From an uncultured Paenibacillaceae bacterium (lineage in GTDB: Bacteria > Bacillota > Bacilli > Aneurinibacillales > Aneurinibacillaceae): a DNA stretch of 64,000 nt. A program made the position numbers and the translations under genes. Positions 36,824 to 45,911 of the stretch are shown here, in pieces (position 1 is the stretch's first letter; each line of letters starts with the position of its first letter). The DNA lies in assembly GCA_937874515.1 (NCBI GenBank), contig CALNBV010000235.1, forward strand, positions 1,210 through 65,209, written 5' to 3'. The notes beneath the pieces were generated by a model. The model was not told the DNA's origin and ran no database searches. It saw only the letters and a list, made by a program, of their open reading frames with translations.

Positions 36824-37795
36824 ATGCAAACTAGAATAACAGAAATTTTAGGAATTCGTTATCCAATAGTTCAAGGGGGATTAGCTTACCTTGCATATTC
36901 AGAATTAGCTGCTGCTGTATCTAATGCAGGTGGACTTGGTCAAATTACTGCGATGACTTTATCCACTCCTGAAGAACTGAAAAGGGAAATTCAAAAAGTA
37001 AAACAAATGACAAACAAACCCTTTGGCGTGAATTTTGCCATTGGCCAGCATGGTCGTTCTTATGAAGACATGTTAGATGTGGCTATTGAAGAACAAGTAC
37101 CGGCCATCTCCATTACAGGTGGGAATCCTGCACCTATTCTTGACCGATTAGAAAATGAACCTATTCGCAGTCTTGTTCTCGTGGCTGGCGTCCGTCAGGC
37201 TGTAAAAGCAGAACAACTTGGCGCAGATATGGTAATGGTAGTCGGCCAGGAAGGTGGTGGCCATCTTGGGCGAGATGATATCGGTACCATGGTTCTTGTT
37301 CCCCGGGTGGTTGAATCAGTGTCCATTCCTGTTATCGCTAGCGGTGGTATTGGGAACGGCAAAGGGCTTTTGGCTGCGCTGGTCCTGGGGGCAGAAGGGG
37401 TTGAAATGGGAACACGATTTATTGCGACGAAGGAATGTGTACATGCATCTGAACGGTATAAGGAAGATATCCTTGGGGCAAAAGAAACAGATACCCTTGT
37501 CATAAAGAGGACTCTTGGTGCGCCTGGCAGGACACTTAAAACAGAATTAGCTCAACAAATTTTAGATCAAGAGAGCAAAGGGGCTAATTATGAACAATTA
37601 AAAGAAATGATTAGCGGGAAATCTAATATTAAATACATATATGAAGGGAATTCTGTTGAGGGATATGGTTGGGCAGGCCAGGTGGTGGGTTTAATTCATG
37701 ATATTCCAACAGTACAGGAGTTGTTTGATAATATGGCGCAAGAACTAAAGAAGGGTCGCCAACGATTAAATCAACTCTTAATGGAGGAAAAGTAA
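36824..37795 (+). CDS. nitronate monooxygenase / NAD(P)H-dependent flavin oxidoreductase family (YrpB/FabK-like)
   Basis: ILGIRYPIVQGGLAYLA...AGGLG and IPVIASGGIG motifs of the NMO TIM-barrel family. Confidence 0.82.
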   Translation: MQTRITEILGIRYPIVQGGLAYLAYSELAAAVSNAGGLGQITAMTLSTPEELKREIQKVKQMTNKPFGVNFAIGQHGRSYEDMLDVAIEEQVPAISITGGNPAPILDRLENEPIRSLVLVAGVRQAVKAEQLGADMVMVVGQEGGGHLGRDDIGTMVLVPRVVESVSIPVIASGGIGNGKGLLAALVLGAEGVEMGTRFIATKECVHASERYKEDILGAKETDTLVIKRTLGAPGRTLKTELAQQILDQESKGANYEQLKEMISGKSNIKYIYEGNSVEGYGWAGQVVGLIHDIPTVQELFDNMAQELKKGRQRLNQLLMEEK

Positions 37796-37798
37796 AGG

Positions 37799-38437
37799 CT
37801 AAATGGCCCTTACTCCTCCTTTAGCCAATTCATATAAGGGTTTTAAGGTGAGGAAAGTGGATTCAATAAGATTCATTAACTCTTGTCCATTCCCAATTGC
37901 AGGATGATCGGGCTTAAGGTTTATGCCACAAAGAAGTTCAGACTTTTTATTATTTTTCAACTTTTTCAGGATTGCCGCCATTTTGTCGTCATTCATTTCA
38001 TAATGGGGAATACTACTCGGTAAGGTATGGTCAACAGACCACACATAGTTTTCAGGAATATGGTTTTTGACCTCTATCCATTTTTCCATTAAATGTTGAG
38101 CGAATTCTCCTTTAATAGGTGATTCATAAATGATGGCAAACCAAATGAAAAGATGGGATTGCCATAAACCAACCTGAAAATGAGGCAATGATTTATATCC
38201 CCTTTTGCTTGTAGACCATGCCACCCAGGTATCATTCGGGGGATTTACAGTTCTTCGTGCGTGTTTTGCAACATGAAAAAAGAATTCTTCACCCAGTTCT
38301 TGTGATAAAATAGGGGAGAAGACACTTCCTATTTCCTCCAATTGAGGGCGTATGAATGTTTTTATAGCTTCCATTCTGGGTTCCAGTCCTGGAATTGCAA
38401 ATACATCGAAGGAATCTTGTGGAAAACCGCGTAACAA
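37799..38437 (-). CDS. yktB: UPF0637/DUF1054 protein YktB-like
   Basis: 212 aa with a TTG start 8 nt after GGAGGT. It has the FDVF.I.GLE.RM..I...I.P.L and HFQVGL patterns. Confidence 0.75.
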   Translation of the reverse strand: MLRGFPQDSFDVFAIPGLEPRMEAIKTFIRPQLEEIGSVFSPILSQELGEEFFFHVAKHARRTVNPPNDTWVAWSTSKRGYKSLPHFQVGLWQSHLFIWFAIIYESPIKGEFAQHLMEKWIEVKNHIPENYVWSVDHTLPSSIPHYEMNDDKMAAILKKLKNNKKSELLCGINLKPDHPAIGNGQELMNLIESTFLTLKPLYELAKGGVRAI

Positions 38438-38565
38438 AAGTAATTACCTCCTTTTCCATTCTGTTTTAGTTACTTTAACATACCATGTAAGGATATAAAA
38501 GGTTAAATACCAAATTGTAGAAAGCGTTTTCAATATTATACATTCCAGTGGAGGTGCCAATTTTT

Positions 38566-40071
38566 ATGAAAATAACCGTAACAACCGAACTGATTACATC
38601 TGTTGCAACAGATTGTTTAATCGTAACCTATTGTGAAGATCAAGACGCTGTAAAAGGGTATACCAATCGAGTGGACAAGGCATTGGATGGCCGTATTTCT
38701 CAATTGATTTCTGATAAAGAAGTAACAGGGAAATTAGGGGAAGTAACCATGTTGCATAATTGGGGAAAAATCGCATCTAAAAGAACCCTTGTAGTTGGAC
38801 TAGGGAAAGAGGAAAAACTAACCATTGATAAAATTAGGGATGCAATTGGTACTGCTGCTCGTTATGCCGCGAAAAAAGGGATTACACAGGTCGCTTTTGC
38901 TGTTTCGAATTATTATGTAGAACGCAAATTTTGGAACACTGTAGATGCTGTGCAAGCGGTCGTTGAAGGTGTTGAATTAGGTTCTTACAGTTTTCCAGGA
39001 TATAAAAAAGAAAATGAAAAATGTTGTATTGAAGAATGCATTATGATTGTTAAACCAGAAATGGAAAGAGGAGCTATTGATGCAGGTATAACCCGTGCAG
39101 ACGTAGCAGCAACCTCGACAAGATTGGCTCGGGATCTGGTCAATGAACCAGGAAATTTAATGACTCCAGAAATTTTGGCAAAAAAGGCAACAGAAATTGC
39201 ACAGAATAGAAATTTCGAAGTAACGATATTAAATAAGAAGGATTTAGAACAATTAGGAATGGGAGCCCTTTTAGGGGTTGGACAGGCAAGTGCCAATGAA
39301 CCTAAAATGATTGTTCTCAAATATAGTGGGGACCCAGAAAGTAAGGATATCCTGGGATTTGTAGGGAAAGGGGTTACCTTTGATAGCGGTGGGATTCAGG
39401 TGAAACCTGATGAGCATATGGGGGATATGAAAACGGATATGGCAGGTGCAGCAGCGGTCTTAGGAGCGATGGATGCCATTGGTGAACTTCAACCCCATGT
39501 GAATGTGATGGCAGTTATTCCAACCTGTGAGAATATGATTGGCGCCAACAATTTAAAACCAGGGGATGTAATTTCTTCTTTCTCCGGTAAAACCATTGAA
39601 ATCGTGCATACGGATGCAGAAGGTCGCCTTATTTTGGCAGATGGAATATCCTATGCTAAACATTTAGGTGCAACAAAAATTATAGATGTAGCTACATTAA
39701 CAGGATCAGTCATCTCTGCATTGGGACATACCACAACAGGTATTATGTGTAATAATCGAGATTTATTAGAAGAGGTTAAAACGGCTGCACGTTTATCTGG
39801 AGAAAAAGTATGGGAACTTCCTAATTTTGAAGAATATCAAGAATTCATCGAAAGTAAAATTGCTGATGTTAAGAACGATGCCGGAAGACCTGCAGGTTGC
39901 ATTCAAGGTGGAGTTTTCTTAGGCGCATTTGCAGAAGATACCCCATGGGTGCACATGGATATCGCCGGAACAGCGACCACAGAAAAGGATAATGGCCATA
40001 ATCCAGCTGGCGCAACAGGAGTTGCTGTACGGACCTTATTACAAACAGCTCTTCGTTTTAGTGGCCAATAA
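38566..40071 (+). CDS. pepA: leucyl aminopeptidase (M17)
   Basis: VGKGVTFDSGG and HTDAEGRL motifs. ATG 38566 follows GGAGGTG. Confidence 0.93.
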   Translation: MKITVTTELITSVATDCLIVTYCEDQDAVKGYTNRVDKALDGRISQLISDKEVTGKLGEVTMLHNWGKIASKRTLVVGLGKEEKLTIDKIRDAIGTAARYAAKKGITQVAFAVSNYYVERKFWNTVDAVQAVVEGVELGSYSFPGYKKENEKCCIEECIMIVKPEMERGAIDAGITRADVAATSTRLARDLVNEPGNLMTPEILAKKATEIAQNRNFEVTILNKKDLEQLGMGALLGVGQASANEPKMIVLKYSGDPESKDILGFVGKGVTFDSGGIQVKPDEHMGDMKTDMAGAAAVLGAMDAIGELQPHVNVMAVIPTCENMIGANNLKPGDVISSFSGKTIEIVHTDAEGRLILADGISYAKHLGATKIIDVATLTGSVISALGHTTTGIMCNNRDLLEEVKTAARLSGEKVWELPNFEEYQEFIESKIADVKNDAGRPAGCIQGGVFLGAFAEDTPWVHMDIAGTATTEKDNGHNPAGATGVAVRTLLQTALRFSGQ

Positions 40072-40419
40072 TTAGCTTAAAAATTTCTGGAACATTTTTT
40101 GCACTACAGGGCTTTGCAGAAGTTCCATCATTTGTACGATATTAAAATCACCAAGTCCCATGGCTGATAAAGGATTGGATACCGTCTCTTTTTTTTCCGG
40201 CTTGTTACGGGTAAAAGAAAAGAGACGGTTTTTTTTCCGTTCTGTTTTTTTCTGTTGTTTATTTTCAATGCTTTCTATTTGGTTTTCAATTTTGCGCATT
40301 GAATGAAGCAGGCTAGATACATCCTTTTTCAGCCCTTCAATTTGTACTAAAATTTCTTCTTGTTGTTTATGTATCTTTTTCAATTGAGGGCTTTGCTGGT
40401 TTTTTTTCATCTTTTTCAC
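40072..40419 (-). CDS. lysine/glutamine-rich coiled-coil protein (hypothetical)
   Basis: 115-aa ORF with a heptad-like central region. Its stop codon directly abuts the pepA stop. Confidence 0.5.
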   Translation of the reverse strand: MKKMKKNQQSPQLKKIHKQQEEILVQIEGLKKDVSSLLHSMRKIENQIESIENKQQKKTERKKNRLFSFTRNKPEKKETVSNPLSAMGLGDFNIVQMMELLQSPVVQKMFQKFLS

Positions 40420-40576
40420 CTCTTTCAGGTAGTATTGGTGAAGATGCGTCTTTCTTTAGTTTATGTAATGATGATTTCCTCTGGTACTAAAGCATGGCCC
40501 AAAAAAAAGTGGTAATTATAAGATTAATTGCGATAAAATAAGGTCTGTGAATCAACAGTGAAAGGGAGATAATGAA

Positions 40577-41080
40577 ATGAACGTGCCATTAAATACAGAA
40601 ACATTAGTAATCATTTGTGGGATTCTAGGGGTATTTTTTCTTCTCTTATTAATTTGGAATATTATCCTTTCTGTAAAAATGGGTAAAATTAAAAAGCAAT
40701 TCCGCCGTCTTGCGAAAGGAACATCTGAAGAAAACCTTGAAGAAATTCTTAATGGGTTGTTTGCAAGGATGGAGGAAATGAATCATTCCCATAGTGAAAT
40801 TAGGGAAGAAATTAAAGGGCTTACTAATAGCTTTATGACTGTAAAGGGCCGTATGGGTCTTGTCCGTTTTACCGCCTTTGATCAACATGGAAGCGATTTA
40901 AGCTTTTCCCTGGCATTGATTGATGATGAAAAAAATGGTGTTGTTTTGACCAGTTTATTCGGGCGTGATGATTCAAGAATCTATGCCAAACCCATTGAAA
41001 ATGCTCAATCTATTTATAATTTAACCGATGAGGAAAAAAGGGCAATTCAGGTTGCTTCAGAAAATAGGCTAGCAAACTAA
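40577..41080 (+). CDS. DUF4446 family protein
   Basis: An N-terminal TM helix followed by VRFTAFDQHGSDLSFSLALIDDEKNGVVLTSLFGRD, typical of DUF4446. Confidence 0.75.
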   Translation: MNVPLNTETLVIICGILGVFFLLLLIWNIILSVKMGKIKKQFRRLAKGTSEENLEEILNGLFARMEEMNHSHSEIREEIKGLTNSFMTVKGRMGLVRFTAFDQHGSDLSFSLALIDDEKNGVVLTSLFGRDDSRIYAKPIENAQSIYNLTDEEKRAIQVASENRLAN

Positions 41081-41259
41081 AAAAAAGTATTGAAAGTTCC
41101 TTCAATCCATGTTATTTTAAAGTTCGTCAAGGAAAAATTAGATAGGAACCAGGATTCACTTAAAGGGTGGGATATGAAATCGCTCACTTGCCCCCGTGGT
41201 GAATGACGTAGGTCCTAGAGATGTTTTAATTCTCATCCTAGGAAAGGGGGAACCGGAAG

Positions 41260-41670
41260 ATGGAGGAATACTCAACTTTCGGAAGACACATCGCTGTAGA
41301 TGTTTGGGGAGTGGACTTTGAACAACTTAATAATTCTGAGTTTTTGACCAATCATATGGTCGAAGCTGCAGATGTATGTGGTGCTACGGTATTATCTGTT
41401 CAATCTAAGCAATTTGAACCACAAGGCGCAACGGTATTGGTAATGCTCTCTGAGAGTCATATTTCAATTCATACCTACCCTGAGAAAGGGTTTGCAGCTC
41501 TTGATTGTTATACCTGTGGGGATACGGTTGACCCTCAATTGGCGATTGATTACCTGGTATCTATCCTCAAACCAGAACGTTACTATGCTAAGAAAATCAT
41601 TCGTGGAATTGGTGAACTTGAGGTCGTTACACCAGAAATTAAATCTGGCTATGCACTCGTGACAGAATAA
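41260..41670 (+). CDS. speD: S-adenosylmethionine decarboxylase proenzyme (class 1, SpeD/SpeH)
   Basis: The self-processing motif LSESHISIHTYPE, plus YTCG, 136 aa. Confidence 0.92.
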   Translation: MEEYSTFGRHIAVDVWGVDFEQLNNSEFLTNHMVEAADVCGATVLSVQSKQFEPQGATVLVMLSESHISIHTYPEKGFAALDCYTCGDTVDPQLAIDYLVSILKPERYYAKKIIRGIGELEVVTPEIKSGYALVTE

Positions 41671-41671
41671 A

Positions 41672-41700
41672 GGGAGATACATTGTATCTTCCTTTTTTTA
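41672..41700 (+). terminator. terminator after speD
   Basis: gggagatac-att-gtatcttcc followed by T7. Confidence 0.7.
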
Positions 41701-41851
41701 TTAAAAATTGTGAAAGTATTAGTTATATGCTGAAAAAATGGATTCTTTTCTAAATCTGTTTTAATATTATAATCGGAATGTAATATTATATAGGACTGGC
41801 CCATCCTTGGCGCTAGCCAAGGTTTTTAATCCCAGGTAAGGAGCGACATAA

Positions 41852-42106
41852 ATGGAAGGTACAGAATGGTATTTTTTGGTTGATTGGAAATTCTATGTTT
41901 TAGCAATATTATTAGGTGCTACATATAAACTTGGTTTTGCTCGCAAACTGCCCCTATTAAAATCGTTGATTGTTTATTTTGTGTTAGTTTTGGGAGCGAT
42001 TCCTTTATATGCACTGATGGTATTTGGATTGCCTATGATTCCGGCTTTAGCTGTAGCTGTAGTAATCCTTTTAATTGCTCGTTTTCGCATGAAAAAGTCA
42101 GCATGA
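41852..42106 (+). CDS. YlaH-like small membrane protein
   Basis: 84 aa with three TM helices. YKLGFARKLPLLKS matches my recollection of YlaH, and the gene is in synteny with ylaJ and ylaK. Confidence 0.6.
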   Translation: MEGTEWYFLVDWKFYVLAILLGATYKLGFARKLPLLKSLIVYFVLVLGAIPLYALMVFGLPMIPALAVAVVILLIARFRMKKSA

Positions 42107-42175
42107 AAATTATCATGTTGAATTTCCTATCTTTTCCGGTATAAAATAAAGGTAATAGATAAGGGAGGTTTGCCT

Positions 42176-42637
42176 ATGGCGGAAATCGTCTCTCAATCAC
42201 TGAATCAAGATTTACTGCCTTTATTGCAGACAGAACGTTTAGCAACCTTATCAACAGTTGGAGTGGATGGTGTTCCCTATGTAAATGCAATTTCCTGGGT
42301 ATATGCACCAAACCCTTCCAAGATCTATTTAGCTGTGAACAGCCGATCTCTAGTTCTTGAAAACATTAGAAACCATGAACAAGCGGTTTTAACTGTGTTT
42401 GGTTCTGGTTCCATTTTTGCCATTGTAGGGAAGGCTAAAGTAAAAATGGAACGAATGGATTGTGTACCGATTAAATTATCCATGATCCAAATCACCATTG
42501 AAGAAATTCGTGATGTCATGTTTTATGGGGCGTCTCTTACTGCATGTCCAAAATTTGAAAAAACATACGATGCACAAGTTGCTGAACAATTGGATCACCT
42601 TGTGCTAGAAGCATTAAAAAATGCCGAGTCTATTTGA
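42176..42637 (+). CDS. pyridoxamine 5'-phosphate oxidase-like FMN-binding split-barrel protein
   Basis: About 153 aa with the general PNPOx-like pattern (LATLSTVGVDGVPYVNAISW). AGGGAGG RBS 7 nt before the ATG. Confidence 0.55.
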   Translation: MAEIVSQSLNQDLLPLLQTERLATLSTVGVDGVPYVNAISWVYAPNPSKIYLAVNSRSLVLENIRNHEQAVLTVFGSGSIFAIVGKAKVKMERMDCVPIKLSMIQITIEEIRDVMFYGASLTACPKFEKTYDAQVAEQLDHLVLEALKNAESI

Positions 42638-42661
42638 CCTGGCATTTTTTCTTTTGTTCAT

Positions 42662-43135
42662 TTAACGTTGTTGTTTCGGTCGTATATCCGTTGGTGTCTG
42701 AGGAATAAGCCTTCCAGTAATATCTGCTAGTTCTTCTGTGATTCCAGCGATAGGGCGACCATTGCGAATGTCTTCATTCATTTCCCGGATGCGTTGCACC
42801 AGGCCAGGATCTGCTGTAACAAATGCTGTGGCGCCTAAAGGGTCTTCCTTTAAGGATTCAGCAACAGAATATTTAATGGTTCCTACCCGTGACCGTTCCA
42901 ATTTGTCATCCACAGTAATACCGACAACCGCTACCTTGTTTACTACCACCGCTGATGCCTTTTTCACACCTTTTACCCTGGTGGCTAGGTTTACTAAATG
43001 GTCTGCTTTTGATGTGGATTTGGTTTGTTGAATGTTTGTTTGATTTTTCGGGGCGGAGGGTTTGCTCGCCTGGCTACAACCTGTTACGAACAACAAGAGA
43101 AGCAATAAGGAAATTACCCATTTCATACCTATCAT
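42662..43135 (-). CDS. ylaJ: YhcN/YlaJ family sporulation lipoprotein
   Basis: Lipobox LFVTGC and the pattern V.GV..A.AVV....AVVGI. It is divergent from ylaK, as in B. subtilis. Confidence 0.8.
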   Translation of the reverse strand: MIGMKWVISLLLLLLFVTGCSQASKPSAPKNQTNIQQTKSTSKADHLVNLATRVKGVKKASAVVVNKVAVVGITVDDKLERSRVGTIKYSVAESLKEDPLGATAFVTADPGLVQRIREMNEDIRNGRPIAGITEELADITGRLIPQTPTDIRPKQQR

Positions 43136-43300
43136 GCAACCTTTCTGGCTATTAAAAGTTGTGTTGTTAGTATTTCACACATAAAGAAAGGTATACCCTG
43201 ATTTGTACTACAATAAAATAATTTAAACAACGTACAAGAATTCTGTAAAAACCATATAGTACAAATAAGTAAGGATATACAGGCTTGGGGAGGCGAAACA

Positions 43301-44638
43301 TTGAGAAAAAAGATCTATGTTCTTGATACCAATGTTTTATTACAGGATCCACTGTCCATTTATTCCTTTCAAGATAATGAGGTAATTATTCCTGCTGTTG
43401 TTCTCGAGGAAGTAGATTCCAAAAAAAGATTAATGGATGAAATTGGGCGAAATGCAAGGCATGTAGCTCGATTACTTGATAACTTAAGACAAAAAGGACA
43501 ATTGCATACAGGGGTTACCCTGGAAAATGGAGGGCAATTAAGGGTTGAATTGAATCATCGATCCTTTAACCAAATGCAAGAGCTATTTATTGATAAAACC
43601 AATGACAACCGTATTTTATCTGTGTCTTTGAATTTGATGATCGAAGAAAAACAAACAGAAAACCCGCGTCCAGTGATTTTAGTTAGTAAAGATGCTCTAA
43701 TGCGTGTGAAGGCTGATGCACTTGGAATGCCAGCGGAAGATTTCCTCTCAGACCGTGTTGTGTCAGAATATTCAAGCATATATGAAGGATATCAGATCTT
43801 AAAGGTGTCAGTGGATCTTATCCGCCAGTTTTACACCCAGGTTCCTTTCCCTATTAAGAATTTTGTTCCTGAACTGCATTTATATCCTCATGAATTTCTT
43901 ATCTTGCGCGATGAATTAGGGGGTTCCTCATCCGCCATTGCTCGTGTTGGTGAAGATGGGAAAAATATTTATCCCCTATTTTATGGAGATGAAATTATTT
44001 GGGGCGTAAAAGCCCGGAATGCCCAGCAGAAAATGGCCATGGAGCTATTAATGAATAAGGATATCCCTTTGGTCACTTTAACAGGGAAAGCGGGTACAGG
44101 AAAAACCCTCCTCTCTCTTGCTGCAGGTTTGATGCAAACTGAGGATGAACGATTATATAAAAAATTGCTCGTTGCCCGTCCTATTGTTCCTCTTGGCAAA
44201 GACCTTGGCTTTTTACCCGGGGAGAAGGAGGAAAAACTTCGGCCATGGATGCAGCCTATTTATGACAATTTAGAATATCTGTTTAATACCAAACAATCCG
44301 GTGATTTAGATAAGATATTAGCGGGGCTAGGAAGCATTCAAGTTGAAGCTTTAACATATATCAGGGGACGGAGTATTCCTGAGCAATTTATCATTGTAGA
44401 TGAAGCGCAAAACTTAACGAAACATGAAGTGAAGACCATCTTAACCAGGGTAGGAGAGAACAGTAAAATTGTTCTTATGGGAGACCCCCAACAAATTGAT
44501 CACCCTTATCTGGATGAAGTGAATAATGGTTTAACCTATGTTGTTGAATTATTTAAAAATCAAAAAATGGCAGCCCACATTAAATTAGAAAAAGGAGAAA
44601 GGTCCAATCTGGCACAATTGGCTGCTGATTTATTATGA
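43301..44638 (+). CDS. ylaK: PIN-domain / PhoH-like ATPase YlaK
   Basis: N-terminal PIN domain (YVLDTNVLLQDP), Walker A GKAGTGKT, and a TTG start after GGGGAGG. Confidence 0.9.
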   Translation: MRKKIYVLDTNVLLQDPLSIYSFQDNEVIIPAVVLEEVDSKKRLMDEIGRNARHVARLLDNLRQKGQLHTGVTLENGGQLRVELNHRSFNQMQELFIDKTNDNRILSVSLNLMIEEKQTENPRPVILVSKDALMRVKADALGMPAEDFLSDRVVSEYSSIYEGYQILKVSVDLIRQFYTQVPFPIKNFVPELHLYPHEFLILRDELGGSSSAIARVGEDGKNIYPLFYGDEIIWGVKARNAQQKMAMELLMNKDIPLVTLTGKAGTGKTLLSLAAGLMQTEDERLYKKLLVARPIVPLGKDLGFLPGEKEEKLRPWMQPIYDNLEYLFNTKQSGDLDKILAGLGSIQVEALTYIRGRSIPEQFIIVDEAQNLTKHEVKTILTRVGENSKIVLMGDPQQIDHPYLDEVNNGLTYVVELFKNQKMAAHIKLEKGERSNLAQLAADLL

Positions 44639-44643
44639 GTTTG

Positions 44644-44680
44644 AACCACCCCGGAGAGTTTCTCAGGGGTGGTTTTCTTT
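44644..44680 (+). terminator. terminator after ylaK
   Basis: aaccacccc pairs with ggggtggtt, followed by a T-rich tail. Confidence 0.8.
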
Positions 44681-44758
44681 CATTGATCCTCTATTTTTAT
44701 CATTGTCGGCGTGTAAATATGGTATGATAAAAATACCTATAGACAGGAGGTATTACTT

Positions 44759-45382
44759 TTGCAAATTTATACATATCCTTTAGGCCCCTTACAAACCAAT
44801 TCTTATCTAGTAGTAAACGAAGAAACGAAACAGGGGATTATTATTGATGCTGGGATGAACCCTGCTGTATTAATAAAAAAAGCGTCTGATTATAACGTGG
44901 AGGGGATTTTATTAACCCATGCCCACTTTGACCATATGGGGGGTGTGGAAGAAATACGCAAGGCTGTAAACGCCCCTGTTTATGTTCATTCTGTCGAACA
45001 ATCCTTTATACAAAACCCGGAGTTGAATTTATCTTCCAACTGGTCTATGACAGGTCAAGGAATAAAAGGGAAGCCTGCAGAGAATGAATATAAAGATGGG
45101 GATCTCCTTGAGTTAGCTGGGATGAAGATTATTGTTTTGGAAACACCAGGCCATACACCAGGAAGTGTCTCCTTACTTATTGGAAAACACATTTTTACTG
45201 GGGATGCATTATTTCAAGGCTCAATTGGTCGAACAGATTTCCCAGGGGGAAGTTTCACCCAATTAAAGAAAAGCATCTTTACTCAATTATTTACATTACA
45301 TGATGAAACTGTGGTTTATCCTGGACATGGACTTACTACAACCATTGGAAAAGAAAAGAAGGAAAATCCATTTTTAGTCTAG
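44759..45382 (+). CDS. MBL-fold metallo-hydrolase (YqgX / glyoxalase II-like)
   Basis: THAHFDHMGG, GHTPGS and D..F.G..GR.D motifs, 207 aa, TTG start. Confidence 0.88.
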   Translation: MQIYTYPLGPLQTNSYLVVNEETKQGIIIDAGMNPAVLIKKASDYNVEGILLTHAHFDHMGGVEEIRKAVNAPVYVHSVEQSFIQNPELNLSSNWSMTGQGIKGKPAENEYKDGDLLELAGMKIIVLETPGHTPGSVSLLIGKHIFTGDALFQGSIGRTDFPGGSFTQLKKSIFTQLFTLHDETVVYPGHGLTTTIGKEKKENPFLV

Positions 45383-45528
45383 AGGAAAATTCTGGACAAA
45401 AATATTTCACATTTTTATCACAGGGTAGCTGTAAAACTACTACATTCAAGCTGTAAATATTGATAAACTAACAATGAATTTATAATTACTACTTATTTAT
45501 TTACTTTTTAAAAAGGGATGATGTATGG

Positions 45529-45735
45529 ATGTTACTTGGACTATCACTTGGCACCTGGTTGCTACTCAGCGTTATGGTTGCCTTTACGATCGGTGGAATT
45601 GGTTTTTGGCTTGCAGCAAGAAAGTCAGGCCAATTTGATGATGTGGAAGGAATTAAATACCGCATGTTAGATGATGGGGCTTTAGACATCGAAGAAGAAG
45701 AAAATAAAGATGACAAAAAAGTACAGAAGAAATAA
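45529..45735 (+). CDS. ccoS: CcoS/FixS-family small membrane protein
   Basis: 68 aa with one TM helix followed by the family signature SGQFDDVEG...MLDD. Confidence 0.7.
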   Translation: MLLGLSLGTWLLLSVMVAFTIGGIGFWLAARKSGQFDDVEGIKYRMLDDGALDIEEEENKDDKKVQKK

Positions 45736-45768
45736 AAAAAAGCATGCCATTTAGGGCATGCTTTTTTT
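45734..45768. terminator. terminator after the ccoS-like gene
   Basis: agcatgcc-atttag-ggcatgct flanked by A8 and T7. Confidence 0.85.
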
Positions 45769-45772
45769 CACT

Positions 45773-45856
45773 CAAAACAAAAAACCAATCTTCCGGGGGG
45801 AGGAAGATTGGTAGGGGAGGTCTTGAGGATGTCTCCTCATTGAGCAATGAGATATT
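45773..45856 (-). ncRNA. candidate C-rich small RNA (orphan promoter-terminator unit)
   Basis: On the minus strand, TTGACA-17-TATTAT is followed about 84 nt later by an 11-bp stem with a UCCCCCC loop and U6GU4. No coding potential. The ends are predicted. Confidence 0.45.
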
Positions 45857-45862
45857 AGTTAT

Positions 45863-45891
45863 ATAATATAATCATTTTTTAACTATGTCAA
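45863..45891 (-). promoter_or_regulatory. sigma-A promoter (TTGACA-17-TATTAT) for the candidate sRNA
   Basis: -35 at 45886-45891 and -10 at 45863-45868 on the minus strand. The -10 overlaps a + strand TTGAGC-16-TATAAT (45840-45867) facing the methyltransferase gene. Confidence 0.55.
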
Positions 45892-45911
45892 TGGTGTAAA
45901 CGGGGGAGTTT

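Noticed and set aside
40060-40085. The convergent pepA and coiled-coil ORF stop codons abut with zero spacer (TAATTA) and no terminator
   Set aside because: The observation is real, but the 115-aa minus-strand ORF is itself only moderately supported. If it is genuine, the 3' UTRs simply overlap. I do not think this merits a separate finding.
41792-41801. GGACTGGCCC, which resembles the SAM-I riboswitch core
   Set aside because: It is an isolated 10-mer. The surrounding sequence has none of the P1-P4 helices or the kink-turn of a SAM-I element, and the downstream gene is unrelated to sulfur metabolism.
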